The notes under the pieces: model-generated
Told to the model about the DNA's origin: nothing
The model's input: only the letters and a program-made list of their open reading frames with translations
The model's database searches: none
Made by a program: the position numbers and the translations under genes
Shown here: in pieces, positions 36,609 through 48,617 of the stretch
How the letters are laid out: each line of letters begins with the position of its first letter
Numbering within the stretch: the stretch's first letter is position 1
Origin: Isurus oxyrinchus
Lineage: Eukaryota
Reading direction: 5' to 3'
DNA length: 64,000 bases
Assembly (NCBI GenBank): GCA_026770705.1
Contig: JANJGN010000008.1
Span: 18,724,001 to 18,788,000, forward strand

Positions 36609-37761
36609 GTAAGAATTATTTAAAGTTTTCCAATAAGTCAGGAATTAGTGTTGAACTGTCACTTGACATTGAGAAAAGTGATGCCATTGAACAGATATTA
36701 TGTGGTCACAAACTGAATTTTAAAATACTATTTAAATGTTGTACATTTCCAGGATATAAAAGAATCATCAAGTGGTACAGATAAACAGAACAATTGCTCC
36801 AAATTGTGTGAAATCTTAGAGCATTGGCATTTTTCCTGATTTAAATGCCAGAAAGTTCCTTGTTCCCACTTTCCACAAGACTCAAGGAAGAAATTGGGAA
36901 CAACCTAGATCACCATCCCTGTTTATCAATGAATGGACAATGCTCAAACTCGGAGTCAATCTTTTAATATTATTCATTGACTATCACCAATGTTCCTCTT
37001 TGGAAGTTATTATTTTGGAAACTGTTAGGAAGCAATACTTTAACAGTTAAAGCATGAGCTGTAAAAATGACGATGAACTGAAAATACTACTATATTTTGT
37101 GACAATTTGAGTATATTTTTTGTGTGTGCTGTTATTCTTGTTATTGTGGGCTGGTGTCACTAGAGAGCTTCAGTAGGGTTGGGTTTCAGAATCAGTTTGT
37201 CACTTTGCAAACCACTTCCTCTGTGCCAGGTTTGGCTTACCTATTTCCTCATGGTGAAATCTCAATCAATTCAAAATGAAAGATTCTATTTTGGAGAGCC
37301 CTGACCAGTTTGTGTTCAAGGGAGGAATGTTTCAAGGCTGTTTGCTTTTCAGTGAAGCGAGATTTGTAGAAAAGGAACCAGTTGGGTAAAAGATTCAACA
37401 ATGTTGTAACCACTGGGAAGATTGAATTTACATCAAAGGTGTGAGGTAACCTGTATTGTTTAAGATGTTTACATAGAATTATATGGTAGCTACAGCACAG
37501 AAGCAGGCCATTCAGCCCAGCTGGCCTACGTTGGGAATCATGCACCATATGAGCTCTTCCCACTCTTCTGACACATCCTTCTTTTCATGTCTCTTTCCTG
37601 TAAACTCTCGCTTCCCCTGAAATGAATCATCAATGTAATGCTTGCCTCAGCTACACCAGCTGTTTATGAGTTCCAGCAAGGAAAGGATCAGGGAAATCCC
37701 TGATGCTCAGAACTGATTATAAATGAATGAAATAAAAACAGAAAATGAACATTGCTCACAT

Positions 37762-38130
37762 TACAGAATCACAGAATCACACAGTGCAGAAGAGGCCCTT
37801 CGGCCCATCGAGTCGGCACTGACATGTGAGAAACACTTGACCTACCTATCTTATCCCATTTACCAGAACTTGGCCCATAGCCTTGAATGTTATGACATGC
37901 CAAGTGCTCATCCAGGTACTTTTTAAAGGATGTGAGGCAACCCGCCTCCACCACCCTCCCAGGCAGCGCATTCCAGACAATCACCACCCTCTGGGTAAAA
38001 ATGTTTTTCTGCACATCCCCCCTAAACCTCCTGCCCCTCATCTTGAACTTGTGGCCCTCATGACAGACCCTTCAAATAAGGGGGGCAGCTGCTCCCCACT
38101 ATCCACCCTGTCCATGCCCCTCATAATCTT
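37762..38130 (-). mobile_element. CR1 LINE 3' end
   Basis: FTQRVVIVWNALPGRVVEA...FKKYLDEHL; (TGATTCTG)n tail. Confidence 0.9.
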
Positions 38131-38650
38131 AGAAGTCTAAAAATAGGAACCTATTATTCTAGTGTTAATATTTTCAAATAGTTTACAATCACATCTATTC
38201 CTCTTGGAAATTAGTAACGTCAAATTGCCAGAAATTAATCAATTTGAACAGTTGTTGGTTAAAATGTGACAAATAAAAATGACAACAGGTTGAACAGTGA
38301 TACTGAATATTGTGAAAATGAATGATTCCGTTAAACTTCACAGCAAATCACAGATCAGGGAGGTAAAGAAAGAGATTTGACCAGCAGCTCTGGGTGGAGA
38401 ACATTGTTCAGTCAGAGGCAGAGTCGTAAGTTCAAGGAGGTTACTATATAGGTGAGGTTGGTCAGCCACAAGGAGATCCTGTTGAGATATGGTCACATTG
38501 TGGCCAAGAGCTTTGGCCTCTGTGGTGTGAATCTACTTCACATTCAGATTTTCACAGCTGTAAAAACCTTCCACAAAACATTCTATCAGTAACTGGAACG
38601 AGTTTATAATTCCAGGTTTGTTCCTTCCAATTTCTTCCATTGAAGCCTTT

Positions 38651-39360
38651 GAGTGGAATTTTGCAATAGCCTGCCATTCCCAATGTTGGGGTGAAATCCA
38701 GGTCAGGAATTTGGATGTGGTTGTGGTGGGGCTTCGGATGCAATTTTCCTAGAGGCGGCCAATTTACAAGCTGCCTGCAGGTGCCTTGTCCAATTAGGAA
38801 CAGCAGCCAGGTTCCTGTGTTCCAATCAGTGTGGGCTGTGGATAGGGAATTCAGCCATTCTGATAATGTGGGCAGTGCCAGGGCAAGAAGAGGAGTGGCA
38901 GTAGCACCCTCCAATGGGATAAAAGAGTCATTGCAGCAAGGTAAGGATTATTGGAGACATCGGTCCCTATTCAGTGAATGTGAGGGTATGCCCTTGCTAT
39001 CCTGGGTCAGCCCCACTTTGTGAATTACTGCTGACAAATAATCTGAAACCCTCAACTGAGTCACAGGTCGGGTCTCCAGCTGCGATGCCAACTCCGATCC
39101 ATTGTCAGACCCCTGAACCAGTGAGAGGCCCATCCATTCCAGGGACAATCTCTTTCCCCATGCAGTTAACTGGTTCATGGCCACACTTCATTGGCACCAT
39201 ACTGCTGCCTGGCAGGTTACCATCAAACCTATTAGCCCACCTCCTGGAAAAACTCATGGAGGCAGGAATGCATTGAGGAGCCAACCCAATCTAGACCTTT
39301 CCTAATTTCCTCCCCACCATGTTCCAAAGCTGCATCTGTAGGTCTGGGAAAACTCAGCCC
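38651..39360. mobile_element. Non-autonomous Harbinger-like element
   Basis: Degenerate TIRs GAGTGGAATTTTGC / GGAAAACTCAGCCC. Confidence 0.5.
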
Positions 39361-39531
39361 TTTACCTGTTGCAGTGATCCCATTAACAATGATTCGGTTT
39401 TGTGTGGGTCAAGTTCTGTTCAGTTGCCCATTCTGTAAAAATGTCTTTATTTGATTTGCACTTCATCCATCACTTAAGCCCAATGTTTGTTCCTGAAGGA
39501 TTTATTTAAATACATTTTTGCCTTTTGTTAG

Positions 39532-39633
39532 ATATCAAACAATAGGAATCCACCCAAGGCGACTGGAAATAAAGAAACTGTCCAATTACAGACCCTGAAC
39601 TCTGACACTGATTTGAGATCATGGAATGAATGA
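39532..39633 (+). pseudogene. Probable cytoplasmic-tail exon
   Basis: Strong acceptor TTTTTGCCTTTTGTTAG|; phase-0 frame ISNNRNPPKATGNKETVQLQTLNSDTDLRSWNE*; the last codons overlap a CR1-tail-like fragment. Confidence 0.5.
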
Positions 39634-41059
39634 CATAGCACAGAAGGAGACCATTCAGCCCATCATGTCTGTGACCAGTGATCAATCCAAGCTCGGAAAC
39701 TGAAGAGTTGGTTTAGTTTTGGATATCTCCTGTGGTGATATTTTTATATAGCTAGATTTGTTTACATTGCAAATTGTCATTTCGTTGGTTCCCAATCTCA
39801 TTATCTCTTAGTTTACTTCACAACCACTAACTTTCCAGGTTATTGTATGAAATTGCAATGGGTGGAAATTCATTTGGAAATTGTTCTGAATTCCTGATCT
39901 CCATTCCTGTCTGGTGAGGCTCCACACTGTCAACATGATTTTATGATCGGAGGAATTGATGTTAACCCAGTCATGAAGCTGAGTGAAATGCTTGAAGAAT
40001 TGCAACATGGAATTGTGACTGTGGGTCCCCAGTGTATGATCAGCTGGACTCTCTCTGCACAGGAGCTGAATGGAGCTGATTTGCTGCAAATGAGAAGGAA
40101 TGAACCTCGGTTCAGTAAATATGGGTGTCTCTCATTCATCTCCCAACACCTGAGCACACAATGAGGCAGCAGAACCTCAGGAGTAGGTTGTGTCCATGCT
40201 CTCAAACAAGGGATTGTTTATAACCAACCATAGCTAAAAGATTGACAACAAAATAATCATGATAATATGACCATGAATAAATGATGTGGAAAAGCAAATG
40301 AACACTTTCAAGTTGGAGTGAATAATGTTTTGGGGAAAATGTATTTGTTTATCATCAACAATCATTTAAAAACTCCAATAATCAACTGATTATATTCATA
40401 GATTGTGGTGATGAGATTGGTTCAGAATGGAATGGGAAAGTATTTCCTATAGTCATTGAATGACTCCTGCCCAATCACAGGCCTTCCCCTTTGATCTTTC
40501 CCTATCAGGGAATGTTTGATCTGTTTGTAAAGAGAGCTCCCAACTTTCTTTGCAATGACTTAAAATTGTAAACTTTGAAAGGAAATTAGCAAAATCATTA
40601 ACCTGGATTTTCAATTCTTTTAGCTCATAATTTTTGAATTTTGTCATTGAAAATTTGTGACTGTTCATTTATGATATATATAAAGGTTTGTGTGTATCTA
40701 TTGAGTGTAAATTCAAATAGAGACTGAAAAATCATTAGCAAGTTTGTAAACCTATTAATAAAAGAACCCTTTAAGGATGATATATTTGGACAATTTTTGA
40801 AGCTTAATTGATTACTATATGTCATGGTTGACACATTGAACTTTAATTTCTGAAGCTAATAAATGATAAAGGACAAACTGTACACAGTAAGAGAACAATA
40901 ATAATGTTTTTAAGAATCTTTAACGATGAATTTAACTTCCGTAGTAAAAAACTTTCAAAGGAATGATTGTACTGAACAAAGGAATGATTCCAATGGTGTA
41001 GATAAGTTTAATGTTGCTTAAATATAATATAAAATTAATACACTCACTTCTTATTGAGG

Positions 41060-41462
41060 CACTGGGGGTTCAAGTCCCAGTCCAGATACTTGATCACCAC
41101 ATCTAGGCTACTTCAATGCAACACTGAGTGAATGCCACATTGGCAAAAATGCTGCCTTTGGAATGTGAAGATAAACTGAGGCCCCGCCCACCCTCTCAGC
41201 TTTCTAAGCTTACTATTTCGAAGAAGAACAAGGGAATTCTCCCTGATGGCCTGGCCAGCATTTACACCTCAACTGCCTTCTATGAAAACAGATTGTCTGA
41301 TCGTTATTCCATTGTTGTTGGTTGGATCTTGCTTTGTGTGAAATGCCTGCTGTGTTTTGCACATCAAAACAGTGACTCCATTTCACCACTAAAGGCACTT
41401 TGCTGTAAATCACTTTGGGATATCCAGAGGTCAAGAATGGTATTATATAAATACAAATCTTT
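41060..41462 (+). mobile_element. tRNA-derived SINE with an L2-type tail (DeuSINE/SacSINE1-like)
   Basis: B-box GGTTCAAGTCC; 3' end TGTAAATCACTTTGGGATATCC...TATATAAATACAAATCT. Confidence 0.55.
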
Positions 41463-42949
41463 ATAATCTGAAATTTTTCTGGGACAGGAGTTTGGTGCTC
41501 TGATTTTTAATGTGCTCAGTTATTCGTGTTGCTGTGAATTGCTGTGATAGAGAGCTGAAGTAGTGTTGGGGCTAAGAAATGAAGAGGCTGGATCTTATGA
41601 TCAGCTGTAAGGCAATGCTCTCACTGCTGCCTGAGAAGAAAACTGCCTGGAAAGATCCGGAAATATCTGTGGCACAGACTTCCCCTTTCCTGAAAGCAGT
41701 TTCAAGCTGTAGCTGCGAAAAAGGGATTCTCGTGCATCCAGTGGCAGAGATACCCTGGAGTAGCACTGAATCACTGATAACAATGTCTGAAATTCCATGT
41801 TATTTTGCACACGTGCAAACTGCTGATTCAGAGGCTCAGATTCAGTGAAGTACAGGTGGCCAATGCTGACAGTTTTGCTAATGTCACTGCCAAGCTGCAA
41901 TAATTTGCTACTCTGAGTGGATTTTAATGCTGCTCCTGTGACTTTGGAGGCAGAAACCATATATTCTATGGGGGTGGTGATGTATTGTGGGAACCCTGCT
42001 ACATTACTTTAATTCTGGGGTGGGAAGGTTCGTGGACAGATGGCAACTGATGCAATTAATTCCCACTTAAGGACCTCACCCCACTGCCAATGGTATTTAA
42101 TCAGCAGCGGGTGATGGAGTTGCCCCATGGGGACCCTGTTCCTGTTCATCTCAGGTTTCATATTTTTACCCAGCTCCTCTAGTTTTATATCCATAATTCA
42201 ACTTAAACAACTTGCTCACACTTAAATTTTCAGTCACTCCCATCAGTGTAAACACTTGGATCAAGCCGCATGTCTGCCTCAATCATTTAATGTAAAATTA
42301 TCTCCATCTGTCACTCATAAGTTTGATATAACCAGAAGTGAACATTCACTACATTGTTCCTTCCTGTTTTAATGCAATTGTTGCCGTTTTTAAACAGCTT
42401 CCGTTTTCACTGTTAAATTGACTATTTTAAAAGAAAATCTGCAAAAATCTGACATGTCAAGATGTCTGAGCAGAAGAGAGAGATGGCACAAATAGCGATA
42501 AATGTTTTTCTAGATATAAAGGCAGAAAATGCTGGAAAATCTCAGCAGCTCTGGCAGCATCTGTGGAGAGAGAGAGAGAGAGAGACAGAGTTAATGTTCT
42601 GAACACAATTGGACTTGAAGCGATAAGCTAAAGGACCGACCTTGATCATATGAATGTGGCTGTGCCTGAACTCTCTCAGCTGCAGAAGAATGGTCAATTT
42701 ATACAAGGTGTCCCTCATGTGTGGCTGCTTCCCTCGCCCACCACCCCACCCTCCGGCACCCTAAATGTGCTTGTACGCTACCTCCGACCGCAGGGCAGCC
42801 ATTCCCACCACCCCCTCACCCCCACACCACAAAGTTGCCTCAACCACTGGGCAGCCTTTGCCTCTCCCCACCGCCTGCCAATGCACTTCTACCTTGAAGG
42901 CCAACAGGCATCCCTTGCGAGCCCTTTGCAACGTTACTGTGCACTCACC

Positions 42950-43476
42950 TTCGAGTTCCTGAAAGAGACACCTGCAGAGATAATGGATGCACTGGCTATA
43001 ATTTTCCCAAAATTCCCGAGATTCTGAAGCGGCCCCAGCTGATTGGAAGCTATGACACTGCTATTCAAGAAAGGAGGGAGAGAAAAACAGGGATATAGAA
43101 GTTAGTTATTTTGACATCAGTCATCTTGAAAGTCCTGGAATGTATTGTTTAGAAAGATTTAAAAATGCCATTAGAAAAACAGCATAATCAGAAGTCAATA
43201 TGGTTTTGTGAAAGGGAAGTTCTGTTTGGCAAACTTATTGGAGTTTATTTTATTCTTTCACAGAATGTGGGCATCACTGGCTAGGCCAGCATTTGTTGCT
43301 CATCCCTAATTGACTTTGAGAAGATGGTGGTGAGCCTGTTATTTAAACCACAGCAGTCCATGTGGTGTAGGTGCAGCCAGAGGACTGTCAGGAAGGGAAT
43401 TTCAGGATCTAGATCTAGTAACACTGAAGAATCTGCGATACAGTTCCAAGTCAGGATGGGGTGTGGTTTGGAAGGG
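42950..43476. mobile_element. CR1 internal fragment (+, ~42950-43245) and HER1 3' end (-, ~43245-43476)
   Basis: LKETPAEIMDALAIIF motif; HER1 tail. Abuts the left end of the duplicated block. Confidence 0.7.
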
Positions 43477-46400
43477 ATCAGTGATACCGTTGAGGCTGAT
43501 AAACTGCTGAAACTCAGCAGTCGTAAATGCCATGCCGTTCTCAGAAACCATTATCTGATAGTCCGTGAATGGCAAAACTCTGACCTAGTTTCTCAATTGT
43601 AGCACCTGACGCTGTTCACTTCACCTCTTAAACGTCCAACCATTTTGAATGGGCATCGACAAGGAACAGAAATATTATTCCCAGGAAAGGCCCAATGTAG
43701 TCAATGTGTAAACGCCCCCAGGGTCTACCTAGCCACTCCCATGGATGTAATGGAGCTTTCACTGGCAACATTTGCAGGTGCTGACATTGAACACAGTGCT
43801 TTACTAAACTCTCTATTTCACAATCCATCCCAGGCCACCAGAAAACGCTGTGTGCTATGGTCTTCATTCGGGAAATTCCTGGGTCTGAACTGTATAGTTC
43901 AATTAAAAGTATCTCCCCACCCTTTGGAGGAACTATCTCTCACGCACCCCACAATAGGATGTCAAACTGATTGACTATTTCATGTATTCTGTTGAAGCAT
44001 GGCTTCTTTGACCAACCATGTTGCACTTGTTCTCGTATTTGAGATAGGACTAGGTCCTGACTTGTCCAGTCTCTGAGCTGTTGAGCTCATACCAGCAAGA
44101 AATCTCAGATATTTAACAGTTAAACAAGTTCCTGTGGAACTGGGAATTGCTCCTCATTTTCTTGTAAAGGTAAAAGACTAAGGGTATCGGCCCTTGCGAT
44201 TTGATTGTCAGGCCTATGTAGGAAACTGTATTCATACGCTGCCAGAATTAAGGTCCATCATTGTATTCTTTCTGAGGCTGTGGGTGGCATCCCTTTGGCC
44301 TCACTAAACAAACCTAACAATGGTTTGAGGTTTGAAATGACTAAAATGCCAGCCATGTATGTACTGGTGAAGTTTCTTGATACCAAAGTTGATGGTCTAT
44401 CTGTAAGTATCCCTTATCCACTGTGGTGACGGTACTTGATACATAACCTGTTGGATGTTTCTTGCCGTCATATATCCAAAGTGATACCACTGCTCCCACT
44501 CCATAGGGAGATGCATCACATGTCAGCACAAATTCTTTCTCTTGGTCATAATGCACTCGTAGATTGCACGAGTGCAACAATTGCTTCACCTTTCTGAAAG
44601 ATTCTTTCTGGGGCTCCTCTGAAGAGCAATGTTAGTTCTTTATGAGTGGGGATTGCAGTGGGCCAGCACAGTAGATAAATCGGATAAGAACCATCCTTAA
44701 TGGTTAATCATTCATGGGAATGATTTGAATTCTGAGGCGTTCTTTGGCGCAGGTGCCTGTCACTTTCACCTCAACCGGGTGGAGACCCTGTGAATCTACT
44801 CGGTGACCAAATAGATTACCCACCTTGGTTGCAACGTGCAATTTTCTTTCAAGCGCACACTTTAATCTCGCCCTTTTTTTGACTTCATTATTAGCCGGAC
44901 TGCTCTCAGATACAAGTTTAACTTGCCTAACCTCAATGCCGAGTCTCCCAAAATGTCATTATCTGTCTGCTTTTTGGAAAATTCTGCGACTTGCTCTTCC
45001 AAAGCCTCTTTGGCTTCATTTAGCTGATTCTTCAACTCTTCCATCTCCTTTTTGTATTTGTTTGCTGCCTCCTGGAAAATTGAACATTGTTGTGTCTTCT
45101 CTGCCAACTCATTCTTCAGTTTGTTCAGAGAGGTGCTGAATTCTTTCTGTTTCTCTTCATACTTTCCCAGAGGTACAAACTTTGACCTGAGGGAATCTTG
45201 TAGTGTGTGAAAGTCTTTTAACAGCTTTTCGTTTTCCCTTCAAATGTTGCTCACCTCATTTCGAACTCTGTCATCAAACAGGGTTACTTTGAGGTTGTTC
45301 TTCCAGGTTTTGGTTTTAGACAGCCTGCATTTCTTCAGGTTGTTGAGTCCTTACACACTCCTTCGTCAAAACAGGAACACTTCCAGCTTCCTTTTGGAAT
45401 CTCAGTGGCCAATCACGGTTGATTTCCCTTCGCCAATTTCACGGTAGAGGGCTTGGTCCTCTGCCTCTCAATACCAACACTGGTCGCTTTGCTGATTGGC
45501 TTCCATAATTGACAGCTACACTGCTTATGCCTTTTACTTGCCTGTCTTGACCTGTGCAAGTTCTTAGTTTGGTGGCTGCTCACTCCAAACTTAACTGATG
45601 TTCACTATTATTCAAATATCTGAAAGTATGTTCCCCGATTTTTCATGTCCACTTCCATTTTAATAGATTTGCCATTTACTTTCACTGTGAGAAATATTGG
45701 CTCTCTCTTTCCAACTTAAAGATTAAACAACAAGGAATTGTCAGAATTTGTTCTTTCAGGCTCTTCCACATTGTAGATTTCATTGGGCCTCTTCTTTTGT
45801 TTCCAAGTAGCTTGAATCTTTCCTTGCACTGCCTTATGATATGTCTATTTCTCTGAAATTAGTAGCATTTGAATTTTTTAAACTGCCAATTGCTAAAAGA
45901 CTTATTGTTTCCACCTCTATTAAAATTATTCTTCAATTTCGCTCCTCAGTTATTTTTCTTTATTCTTCAGCTAGCGGGGACTGTTTCCGGCTTCCTAGCA
46001 GATCCTTGCCTTTTTGCGCCACATTCAGTTGAGGTTTCCCATCCAATGAGGAGGACATTGCCATTTTGCATACCCTTTGTTCATTTTGAATCTCTTAAAG
46101 TGCTTTCCATGGCCAGTGCTTTCTCTAGCACCTTCTTGAAATGTGGATTCACTTCGGACAAAAATCTTTTCTGAATAGCAGCCTCTTTCACACCTCACAC
46201 TAAATGGTCTCTGAGCATATCGTTCAGAGTCGTAGTGAAATCACAATGTTCTGTTAGCAGCTTCAAATTTCCCAGATAGCATGCAATTGTCTCTCCTGGG
46301 GCTGTATTTCGCAAATTCAACCTAAACCTATACATTGTGACTGCGAGCTTGTGTTGAAAATGCTCCTTCACAAGGTTCACCAATTCATCAAAATTCTTCT

Positions 46401-47165
46401 AATCTGGGGCACTGGATGACTTCAAACTGTGAATAAAGCCATAGGTTTTGTTCCCACAAATACTCAAGAGGATCACTCGCTTCATATCTTCCCCTGTAAT
46501 CTCGATCACTTGATAAAAGAATGTAAGGCATTCTATATATTGAGACCAATCATCTCTGGCTGGTTCAAAAGGATCAATTGTCCCAAACTGTGGCATTTTG
46601 TGGGAGGATAATTTCTTCAATTCTAATGGAGATTGCTAATTACAATCACTGTATGAGGTACAGTGCCAATTTCTTTCCAACTTAATTTCTTCTGTTTAAT
46701 CCTGTTTTATCCTTGTCACCAGTTTGTTGTAGGGTGGCCTACAAGTTATATCTTTGGTAACAGAGTTGATCTGCAGACACTTCTTGGGTGGACATATGAA
46801 GTTTATTTACAATAAACTCCATAGCAACTACACGGGTGCTTGCAGGTCCAACTCTATCTCTACACTGAATGCTGAGGTACCTGCACTACTCTCCTATTGG
46901 TTACTACAGATCACGTGCTCTTTCTTACAAGTATTATTCTTAAAGATACACTGCACACTAGATAAAAGCATAATTACTATATTCCTCCCCTTCAACTCAG
47001 CTATACATATAATATTTACCAGTACATATTTTTCAAGACAAAATAATATTTACACTGGGTAAGGAACTTACAATTTCAGACTTTCAGGTGGCTTCCTGGT
47101 ATGTGTGGAACATCGCAGCTCCACAACTTCAGATTCTTTGTCAGGTTATCTCCCTTCTGGAGTTG
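43477..47165 (-). mobile_element. Non-autonomous Gypsy element copy A (3'-truncated)
   Basis: LTR 46725-46981, PBS TGGTGACAAGGAT, gag 46195-46620, protease, RNase H (LTCDASPYGVGAV), integrase (LHPWEWLGRPWGRLHIDY). Confidence 0.9.
44938..45340 (-). other. Captured coiled-coil coding segment (UACA-like) inside Gypsy copy A
   Basis: ENEKLLKDFHTLQDSLRSKFVPLGKYEEKQKEFSTSLNKLKNELAEKTQQCSIFQEAANKYKKEMEELKNQL lies between the protease and the RT C-terminus. Confidence 0.7.
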
Positions 47166-47295
47166 TGTATATAAAATATATGTATAAATAAAGTACATAT
47201 AAAATAACATCCCAAATGTGACCCCTTTTATCCCCATCACCAAATATTTTGATATTGATAAGTTCCCATCTTGACCTACAATGTGTTTTCTATTT

Positions 47296-47516
47296 TGAGC
47301 CAATTTTCAGTCTCAGCTTGAATGTGAACAGCTCTGATCATGTCACAATCCAGAGCTGCAAAGAAAGCGGAAGTGCCTGTTCTGTGGTTTCACAAGAGAA
47401 AACGTCAATGAATTAATTGTGCAGGGTAAGGACTGAGAGTCTCAGTTTGTTGTATATCTCTGTCCTGGCAGCTTTGCTGCTCAGTCTCAGTGTTTCTGCA
47501 AGTCTCTTCCCACAAG
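47296..47516 (+). promoter_or_regulatory. Promoter plus first exon of Ig-receptor paralog 2
   Basis: Ets GCGGAAGTG 47367-75, RUNX TGTGGTT 47383-89, CRE-half AACGTCA 47401-07; frame TESLSLLYISVLAALLLSLSVSASLFPQ+G|GTAAGC. Confidence 0.65.
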
Positions 47517-47684
47517 GTAAGCAATCTAAATGTGGTCATAATTCTTTTTAATGTATTGATTTAAATGTGGTTTGAGTAATTGAACACATTGCTCAAAGAT
47601 CTGCTACTTTCTGAATGTTTACTCTTTCAAATCAGCTCTTCTGCTGCACCCTGTTCCTCATGAGACTAAACAAGGACATCAAGT

Positions 47685-47778
47685 CAGAAACAGAATTACC
47701 TGGAAAAACTCAGCAGGTCTGGCAGCATCGGCGGAGAAGAAAAGAGTTGACGTTTCGAGTCATCATGACCCTTCGACA
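47685..47778 (-). mobile_element. Short Penelope-terminus insertion with a 10-bp TSD
   Basis: GACATCAAGT at 47675-84 and 47779-88; empty site in copy B (~60494) and in paralog 1 (~3251). Confidence 0.9.
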
Positions 47779-48539
47779 GACATCAAGTGCCTGTTTATAT
47801 GGTTTCATCTTTTTCAGAAAACTCCAAGAAGGTTTCTTACAACTGAATGAGTGCCATCTGCCATTTTACACATTTTAATCTCTCCTACTTGTTGCCTGGC
47901 CAACGTAATTTTTTGGCTATAACTAGTCTTGGTTTCTCTCGTTTGCCATGTGACGTTCTGGTTCTGTTTGAGGTTTTGATTGGCCTTCAAACTTCTGTTG
48001 CCAATTCAATTCTTTAACTAATCCATGATGTCCAATTGAATTGAAAATGTTTCGTAGAAAAAAAGAGAAGCTAAAGTCACAAATGCAACGTAACAGAACA
48101 GATGAATCATGATGGACAAACTTGATTGGTTGTATTTAACATTGATGTGGCAGCTACCCCTAATTTTAAGTCAGTTCCTCCAGTGAATATGATAGAGGAA
48201 AAAGCAGAAACTCTAATTGACCTAAGGATATGTCAACCTGTTACCTTCTAATTCAGCTTGGAAAGCACGGCAATGACATCTTGCAGCTTCATAATGTCAA
48301 AGTTTCCCTTTCTCAGCACAGTGCTTGTGAGGTGGTACAATCCTCCCGATCTTACAAACCACCCTCAGACCTACTGTGAGTAGCACCATATCAGATACAT
48401 TATCCTTCAAGTATGTAGTATGGAAATATATAATCAGTCTCTTTAAAATGTTGGAAAATAATGTGATTGATGGGCTTGTCTCATGGGTCCTGACTCTGGT
48501 CACGTGACTCTCCCGAAGCAGTAGATGATTATCTTCCTG

Positions 48540-48617
48540 TCACAGTTTTAGATGAACCACATTGGGGTCTTAGGCAGATTGTTGAAGGAAGTGGCTGTGG
48601 TTCATCTAAAACTGTGA
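48540..48617. repeat. Perfect 22-bp inverted repeat inside a degenerate ~270-bp fold-back
   Basis: TCACAGTTTTAGATGAACCACA (48540-61) / TGTGGTTCATCTAAAACTGTGA (48596-617); copy at 61271-61348 has one mismatch. Confidence 0.9.

Larger units (their letters stand above)
2920..39633 (+). pseudogene. CD4/LAG-3-like four-Ig-domain (V-C2-V-C2) type I membrane receptor pseudogene with TM lysine
   Basis: Manually reconstructed chain of phase-1 Ig exons (12253-12918, 16465-16734, 19968-20317, 20396-20660), a TM exon (36499-36608) and a probable tail exon (39532-39633). Multiple inactivating lesions. Confidence 0.8.

Noticed and set aside
37353-37445. Possible cytoplasmic exon (TTTTCAG|TGA...GAG|GTAAC)
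   Set aside because: All three frames stop early. It would end the tail at KKMNS*, but there is no independent support.
2920-39633. Naming the receptor CD4 or LAG3
   Set aside because: There is no Lck-binding or FxxL motif, the TM carries a Lys, several paralogous first exons are present, and synteny cannot be seen in this window.
41572-41960. Overlapping ORFs in apparently unique sequence
   Set aside because: No recognisable domain or convincing splice sites.
44862-45107. Myosin-like or env-like independent gene
   Set aside because: It is embedded within Gypsy pol with upstream stops and lacks a signal peptide or TM; better explained as a captured fragment.
48541-48616. Functional RAG recombination signal sequences
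   Set aside because: CACAGTT is an imperfect heptamer with no nonamer at 12/23 spacing and no adjacent V/J segment.
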